Shown in pieces: positions 58,540 to 64,000 of a DNA stretch of 64,000 bases. The position numbers were made by a program, and so were the translations under genes. How positions within the stretch are numbered: position 1 is the stretch's first letter; each line of letters begins with the position of its first letter. The stretch lies in sequence record NC_049851.1; one strand, 5' to 3'. The notes beneath the pieces are model-generated. The model did not search any database and had not been told where the DNA came from. It saw only the letters and a list, made by a program, of their open reading frames with translations.

Positions 58540-58616
58540 AGGGGTGTAGCCAAGTTGGTTAAGGCAACGGATTTTGATTCCGTCATGCGTAGGTTCGAAT
58601 CCTACCGCCCCTTCCA
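58540..58616 (+). tRNA. tRNA-Gln(TTG)
   Basis: ACGGA-TT-TTG-AT-TCCGT; discriminator T; CCA. Confidence 0.9.
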
Positions 58617-58694
58617 GAACACGCAGTACTGCTGCCTCCCCCTGCGGTGAAATCCCGAAGGACTTGCGGGCAGCATCGAATAATCAGGACTCCA

Positions 58695-59021
58695 ATGAAC
58701 GCAATCAAGAACGCGACCGCAACAACCTTCGACGCAGATGTCATGAAGGGTGAAGGTCTCATCCTCGTAGACTTCTGGGCACCGTGGTGCGGCCCGTGCA
58801 AGATGCTGGCTCCGACACTGGACAAGATCGCACAAGAGCGCGACGACCTCCAGATCGTGAAGGTCAACGTCGACGAGGAATCCGAGAACGAAGTCGCAAA
58901 GACGTTCGGAGTCCGTGGTATTCCGTCACTCATGCTCGTGCGAAACGGTGCAGTGATCGCGCAACGCGCTGGAGCACTGGCCAAGTCGCAACTGGAAGCA
59001 TGGATCGACGCGAACAAGTAA
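58695..59021 (+). CDS. trxA: thioredoxin
   Basis: LVDFWAPWCGPCK, VRGIPSL. Confidence 0.95.
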   Translation: MNAIKNATATTFDADVMKGEGLILVDFWAPWCGPCKMLAPTLDKIAQERDDLQIVKVNVDEESENEVAKTFGVRGIPSLMLVRNGAVIAQRAGALAKSQLEAWIDANK

Positions 59022-59029
59022 CAAGCAGT

Positions 59030-59102
59030 CCTGAGTTAGCTTAGTGGCAAAGCAGCCGGGGTCTGGCGATGGACTACGGTTCGATTCCGTAACTCGGGGC
59101 CA
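59030..59102 (+). ncRNA. tRNA-like RNA lacking a canonical anticodon loop
   Basis: Acceptor CCTGAGT/ACTCGGG-G-CCA, D arm GCTT/AAGC, T arm TACGG-TTCGATT-CCGTA; anticodon arm GCCGG-GGT-CTGGC. Confidence 0.75.
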
Positions 59103-59287
59103 AGATTTCTGCACCGTGGGTTGACCTCCACGGTGATCCGCTAGACGCGGAGGGTCACATCTGGGTATTGCACATGCCCGCTGGCGGTCACCAGCACCTC
59201 CTTGTCGCGCGACGACCGCGATTAATGGGCTACGTCGTATAAGTGGTTGGTTGTCCTGAGCGCACTAGGGCGTTCGGGGTAGTGCAG

Positions 59288-59331
59288 AAGGGTGATAGTC
59301 TGGGTAACCGGTCTATCACCCTTTTGTTTTT
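59288..59331 (+). terminator. terminator of the tRNA cluster
   Basis: AAGGGTGATAG/CTATCACCCTT stem plus T tract. Confidence 0.75.
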
Positions 59332-59379
59332 GGTTCGTGTTATACTGAGTAGGTAGTAAATAACCAAAGGAGGTGTCAA

Positions 59380-60582
59380 ATGAAACAAGTGATGATATTG
59401 GCGTCCCTGTTTCTGGCAAGCCTCGTGCTCACAATCGAGTTGCGGCTACACCAGATACCGTACTCGGACCTCGTGATGACGGCGTACACGCTGATCTTCT
59501 TCGCGGTCTGGGCGATGCTCGACTTCAAGGCCATGCGGAGGAAACAGGGTGACAGCAATTCGTATTGAATTCTCGGTGCAGAACATCGGGAACGTGGTGC
59601 GCGAGGCACTGCGCAGCAACCACCGGGTGACCGGAATCTTGGTTCCGCGCAGGCTTGCCGACAAGATTTACGCGTATGTGAGGTCTGAGCAGGTGCCCGG
59701 ACCGGGCCATCCGCTGTACGACCTTTTCAACACTCTCGACGTGAACCACAAGATCGAGGATCGCGTGTACCAGTCCTTCGGTTCGATCATGGGGATTCCC
59801 ATGTACATCGAGCCGTGCATGGTGCCGGAAGAAATCAAGCTGGGAGAGTTCGAGGCGATCCTATACACGACGGCGTTTGCGTAACGTGTGTTAGTGCTGT
59901 ACAATCCGGGTCCCGCAGTAAATAGTATGGGGTAGCAGAAATCGGTCTGCTGCCCCGTTTCCATTTCCAAGGAGGAATTGATGAACGTAACCCGCCAAGT
60001 ACTCGAACTCGCGCTCGCACAAAACGCGGAGACGCAATCGCGCGTGTCACCCGTTTCGGAAAGCGCAGAGGACCGTGCCCGATTTGCCCGTGACTTCCAG
60101 ACCGTGAGCCTTAGTCTGGGGCAGCGCACTGGCATCACGACCGCAGTCATCGCCACTGCAACCGAAGAGGACGTGATCGTATCTCGCATCCCGAACCAGT
60201 ACCGAGCAGTGGCCCGCGCCCACGTCATGAGCCATCAGGCGTTCCGCTGCACTGAGGGTGTGAAGTTCCGACGTATCTTCATCGACTGCCCGGTGCTGTT
60301 CGACGGCTTCTCCGAATTCGTGAAGTACGTGCACTCTGTCATGGTTCCGGGCCAGCAACTGGTCATCGTCGGCGCAAGCGTACTGTGAGCGTCGCCCACA
60401 AGAACGCCGAGATCATCTGCGCGTGGGTGAACTGGGCCCGCATCCAATACCAATCACCGACGACGGACGAGTGGTGCGACGTGCCTGCCGCTGTCGATAT
60501 GGAGGACGAGTACTTGAAGCCAAACCCGATCCATCCGGACTATGCGTGGTTCCCGAACTGGCGCGTGGTCAAACAGGAGTAG
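59380..60582 (+). other. hypothetical ORFs 59380-59568 (membrane), 59549-59884, 59978-60388, 60385-60582
   Basis: ORF track, RBSs, AGTAAATA motifs upstream at 59353 and 59915. Confidence 0.6.
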
Positions 60583-60585
60583 TTG

Positions 60586-62199
60586 ATGCTCAAACCCGTC
60601 AAGATGAAAAATGCGGTGCGTTGGCTTGTAGTCGACGCAGCCGCACGTGTTCGTCTTCCGGCTCGCGAACTCATGGACCTGCATGCGTGGTCCCGTAACT
60701 GGCGTGGTGGCGCACCTCGCGCCCTGTTCTCTGCGGCTTGCAACTGGCTCGAAGAGGAACAGGGCCGCTCGTGGTATCGAGACGATCAGTACCGGCTTCC
60801 ATATCCGGTGCCCGATCAGGTGGAGAAGCGGTGGGGTATGGTCTACGACATGATCGGGGCCTTTCTCGTCGACGAAGCAAAGGACTTCTGGAACAAGCTG
60901 GGCGACACGAATGAGATTGATCGTTCACTGTACAGTGCGGTAGACCTGTTCGGATCGGAAGATCAGAATCAGGAAGTGCGAGAGTTTGAACGGCCTGACA
61001 TACCTTGGAATGACGAGCAAAACTCGGCAATCAGGGACGTGATGCGCTGGTACTCGGACAAGGGTCGGGCACCGATCTTCAGGCTGTTCGGGTATGCTGG
61101 TACTGGTAAGACTCAGTTGATCAAGGAGATAGCGTGGCGCATCGAGAAAGGTGAGGGGGTCAAGAAGGGCTCCGTACTGTTTGCGGCGTACACGGGTAAG
61201 GCAGCGGCCGTCATGCGCAGCAAGGGCTGCGTTGGGGCCACGACATTGCACTCTTTGATCTACCGGCCGAAGATGGATCGTGTCACCGGCAAGATCAAGG
61301 GGTTCTCGCGCAACGAGGAAAGCCCGCTGCGGTACGCCTCGATCCTGATCGTCGACGAAGTGTCGATGGTGAACGAAGACATGGCGCTGGACATCCTGAA
61401 GTACGGGGTGATGGTGCTGGTCGTCGGTGACCCGTTCCAGTTGAAACCGGTTAAGGGCGAAGGCTACTTCGTGCGCGGCCGTGCCGATGTCATGCTCACG
61501 AAGATCGAGCGACAGGCTGAAGAGAATCCGCTGATCTGGTTGTCGATGCGACTGCGTGCGAAAAAGAAGCTGAAGCCCGGGACCTACGGTTCGACGCGGA
61601 TTCATGCTATAGGTACGCAGATTGATGACGAGCACGTGATGACCGCTGACCAGATGCTGTGCGGTATCCACCGTACGCGTCACGCGCTGAACCGGAAGTA
61701 CCGTACGCTTGCTGGCTACTTCGATCAGGAATCTGAATTCCCGGTCAAGGGTGAACGACTCCTGTGCAAGAAGAACAACAAGCAGACAGGCGTGCTGAAC
61801 GGAACGCAGTGGCATTGCTCGCGCCCGCGTATCAAGCCGATCAAACGGTTGAAGAACCCGAAGAACCCGGCTGCTGGTTACGAGGTGACACGTCTCGAAG
61901 GTCTGTACTTCAAGGCCCGGTCGCTCGACCTGTTCAACAGCGACGGTGCACCTATGATCGTGGACACGGTGTGTTCGCTCCACCACTTCGATCACAACCT
62001 GCCAGAGCCTCCGTGGCAAGACATTCAGGGCACCGACACGTGGACGTTCGCATACACGCAGACGGGCCACAGCGCTCAGGGCAGTCAGTGGGACAAGACG
62101 CTGATCGTCGACGAATCCGACGTGTTCCCGGATCAGAAATGGGAGCACTTCTACACGCAGTTGACACGGACCGCCGTGTCGGCAGAGATTTACCTTTAA
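60586..62199 (+). CDS. Dda/RecD-like SF1B helicase
   Basis: GYAGTGKT, AAYTGKAA, TTLHSLIY, IVDEVSMV, VGDPFQLKPV, QGSQW. Confidence 0.88.
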   Translation: MLKPVKMKNAVRWLVVDAAARVRLPARELMDLHAWSRNWRGGAPRALFSAACNWLEEEQGRSWYRDDQYRLPYPVPDQVEKRWGMVYDMIGAFLVDEAKDFWNKLGDTNEIDRSLYSAVDLFGSEDQNQEVREFERPDIPWNDEQNSAIRDVMRWYSDKGRAPIFRLFGYAGTGKTQLIKEIAWRIEKGEGVKKGSVLFAAYTGKAAAVMRSKGCVGATTLHSLIYRPKMDRVTGKIKGFSRNEESPLRYASILIVDEVSMVNEDMALDILKYGVMVLVVGDPFQLKPVKGEGYFVRGRADVMLTKIERQAEENPLIWLSMRLRAKKKLKPGTYGSTRIHAIGTQIDDEHVMTADQMLCGIHRTRHALNRKYRTLAGYFDQESEFPVKGERLLCKKNNKQTGVLNGTQWHCSRPRIKPIKRLKNPKNPAAGYEVTRLEGLYFKARSLDLFNSDGAPMIVDTVCSLHHFDHNLPEPPWQDIQGTDTWTFAYTQTGHSAQGSQWDKTLIVDESDVFPDQKWEHFYTQLTRTAVSAEIYL

Positions 62200-62208
62200 G
62201 GGGGCAGC

Positions 62209-63099
62209 ATGTCCAAACTCGTAACCGTGCAGATCAAGCCACGGTCGTTTCTTCAGAAGAAGTTCTCCGCTGGTCGCATGTGGTTCTTAGCCGAGCCCAT
62301 CACCATTGACGGGGTGCACAACGGCAACTACGAGGTTGCTATCGCGGGCGGTCGGCACGTGATCAGTGGCCGTAGCCTGAACGTTCAGACGTGGACCACT
62401 AACGAGGAACCAGTAGAGTTGCTGACGCGCCTAAACGGCTACATCTACTCGACGACACCGGGTCATGGTGACTTGATACTGCGGCCCGAGGACATCCAGC
62501 CTCCGTCACCGCCCGAGCGTACGTTCGTCATGATCGACATCGAGAGTCTGGGGCTGCGCGTAGGATCGCCTGTCCTTTCTATCGGTGCGTGTGCCATGCA
62601 ACGCGGTCTCGGCATCATCGACGAATTCAGCGTCGTGCTCGATCTTCAAGAGCAACTGGACAAGGGCGCTAAGGTAGAGGCCGACGCCTTCTACTGGTGG
62701 CTGCGCCAGCCCGAAAAGCCGCGTCTGGCCATCGCAGGCCCCGACGTGAAGTACTCGACGCTGGAAGAGGCGCGCGAGCAACTGACCCACTTCTGGGCGC
62801 GCGTAGAGGCCCACCCGTGCGTCGTGGATGGCAACGTGTTCGCGATGGCCCTAGGCAACGACTTCGACCTAGCACAACTCGACCTGTGGTTCAATGGCAA
62901 CGTGCCATGGCACTACCGCGACAAGGTGTGCCTGCGCGCCCTGATCAACACGCACCCGAACTCGGTGGTGTGGGATAGCGAGGACAACTTCGGCAAGGAT
63001 CGCGAGGACCTGCACACTGCGCTCGGGGACGCGAAGGCCCAATCCCGGATGCTCATGCGCATGATCGCCCGACATCCCGAAATCTCGCAGGTGGTGTGA
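62209..63099 (+). CDS. DEDDh 3'-5' exonuclease with N-terminal extension
   Basis: MIDIESLG, GNDFDL..L, HTALGDAKAQ. Confidence 0.82.
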   Translation: MSKLVTVQIKPRSFLQKKFSAGRMWFLAEPITIDGVHNGNYEVAIAGGRHVISGRSLNVQTWTTNEEPVELLTRLNGYIYSTTPGHGDLILRPEDIQPPSPPERTFVMIDIESLGLRVGSPVLSIGACAMQRGLGIIDEFSVVLDLQEQLDKGAKVEADAFYWWLRQPEKPRLAIAGPDVKYSTLEEAREQLTHFWARVEAHPCVVDGNVFAMALGNDFDLAQLDLWFNGNVPWHYRDKVCLRALINTHPNSVVWDSEDNFGKDREDLHTALGDAKAQSRMLMRMIARHPEISQVV

Positions 63100-63326
63100 T
63101 GACGAAGAAACAGAAGGCTCCGGGCCTGCGTCTGCAACTGCTGTCGGACGGCAGCACCGCCCAGTACCTCGAAATCTCGAAGCTGGCGACGCCGCACGTC
63201 GAGAAGGAGTTCATCCACTTCGACAAGCTGCCGGACGGCACGTGGCGTCTGCTCATCAACGTGCGTGACGAGAACGGCAAGCAGATTGCGACGCCGGACA
63301 TCCACATCATGGAGATCATGCGGTGA
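63096..63326 (+). CDS. hypothetical protein
   Basis: Coupled ORF. Confidence 0.55.
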   Translation: MMTKKQKAPGLRLQLLSDGSTAQYLEISKLATPHVEKEFIHFDKLPDGTWRLLINVRDENGKQIATPDIHIMEIMR

Positions 63327-63688
63327 GCGAGGATAGCAGTGACTGGGTAGGCGTCGATTTTGATTCGACGCTTGCTTATCTGGACGAGTGGCAAGGAAAG
63401 TTTCACCTTGGCAAGCCTATACCGGCCATGGTAGCATTCGTCCGCAGTTTGCTCGAACAGGGCAAGGAAGTGCGTGTGATGACGGCCCGGGTGTGCCCGG
63501 ACCCCGACTACACTGAAGAAGAACTCGAAGAGATTCATCGCCTAATCGAGGATTGGACTGAAGAGCATATCGGCACTCGCTTGAGCGCCACGTGTATGAA
63601 GGACCGGTACATGATCGCGCTCTTCGACGATAAGGCATTTCACGTGACCCCGAACACGGGGATCGTTCACATACCGGAGGATGAATGA
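63323..63688 (+). CDS. HAD-family phosphatase (DxDxT)
   Basis: WVGVDFDSTL, VMTAR, K, FDDK. Confidence 0.75.
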   Translation: MSEDSSDWVGVDFDSTLAYLDEWQGKFHLGKPIPAMVAFVRSLLEQGKEVRVMTARVCPDPDYTEEELEEIHRLIEDWTEEHIGTRLSATCMKDRYMIALFDDKAFHVTPNTGIVHIPEDE

Positions 63689-63930
63689 AGTCCATTAAAT
63701 TCCAACGGCGCTGTAGCAGCGGCACGGAGTTTTACGAAATGCCGCTGGAAGAGGGCAACTACGGCATCGTCTACAACGGTGGTCCCACACTCGGTATCAA
63801 GTTCTTCTCCGACGACGGCACCGAATGCCTGTACGTCGAGTTGCCGAAACACGCTGCCGACAAGATGGCCGAGTACATCACTCAGGCCGACCGCAACCAT
63901 CAACTCTACAAAAACCTGAAGGAAATCTGA
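63685..63930 (+). CDS. hypothetical protein
   Basis: Coupled ORF; the next ORF starts at 63930 and runs off the window. Confidence 0.55.
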   Translation: MKSIKFQRRCSSGTEFYEMPLEEGNYGIVYNGGPTLGIKFFSDDGTECLYVELPKHAADKMAEYITQADRNHQLYKNLKEI

Positions 63931-64000
63931 TGTTCAACGTCGACCCGCATTACGAAGCAAAGCACATTATTCGCGACACGTTCGAGCCTGACCACGCCGA

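Noticed and set aside
53526-59102. Stop-codon reassignment or suppressor tRNA
   Set aside because: No CUA/UCA/UUA anticodon was found, and TAA, TGA and TAG all terminate well-supported genes.
1-64000. Prophage or integrative element
   Set aside because: No integrase, repressor cassette, att-like duplication or flanking host genes seen in this window.

Overview
This window is 64 kb of a GC-rich (about 60%) large lytic or jumbo-type bacteriophage genome; no integrase or host housekeeping operon was seen, and a GC-rich proteobacterial host is only an inference. Bases 1-1062 are the end of a + strand, probably structural, block. Bases ~1060-49660 are almost all minus-strand. They hold an NAD+ salvage pair (NAMPT + NadM-Nudix) next to an NAD-dependent ligase, an ACP-like protein, RNA-repair genes (RtcB, a DRB0094-type RNA ligase, YqeY, Nudix, metallophosphatase) and many small ORFs. 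They also hold a sigma-like protein, an Acb1-like 2H protein, histone-H1-like and hyper-acidic proteins, a two-subunit type II topoisomerase with a mini-intein, a J-domain protein, an Mre11/gp47-like nuclease and a helicase-like ORF. After an AT-rich divergent gap (49.66-50.34 kb) the + strand carries small ORFs, a tRNA cluster (9 complete tRNAs, a split tRNA-Leu, an anticodon-less tRNA-like RNA, several unexplained structured RNAs, HNH, GroES, thioredoxin), then a Dda/RecD-like helicase, a 3'-5' exonuclease and a HAD phosphatase. The most striking observations centre on tRNA: a stand-alone GNAT-antitoxin-like peptide, a tRNA-Leu with a reversed 19:56 elbow pair, and a tRNA-Leu split by an HNH+tRNA cassette. 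Also notable are apparently non-catalytic mimics (ACP without Ser, Acb1-like protein without intact HxT motifs), a Pro-initiated class-3-like intein, and a recurrent AGTAAATA promoter-like motif. All protein family calls come from motifs read by eye; no searches were run.
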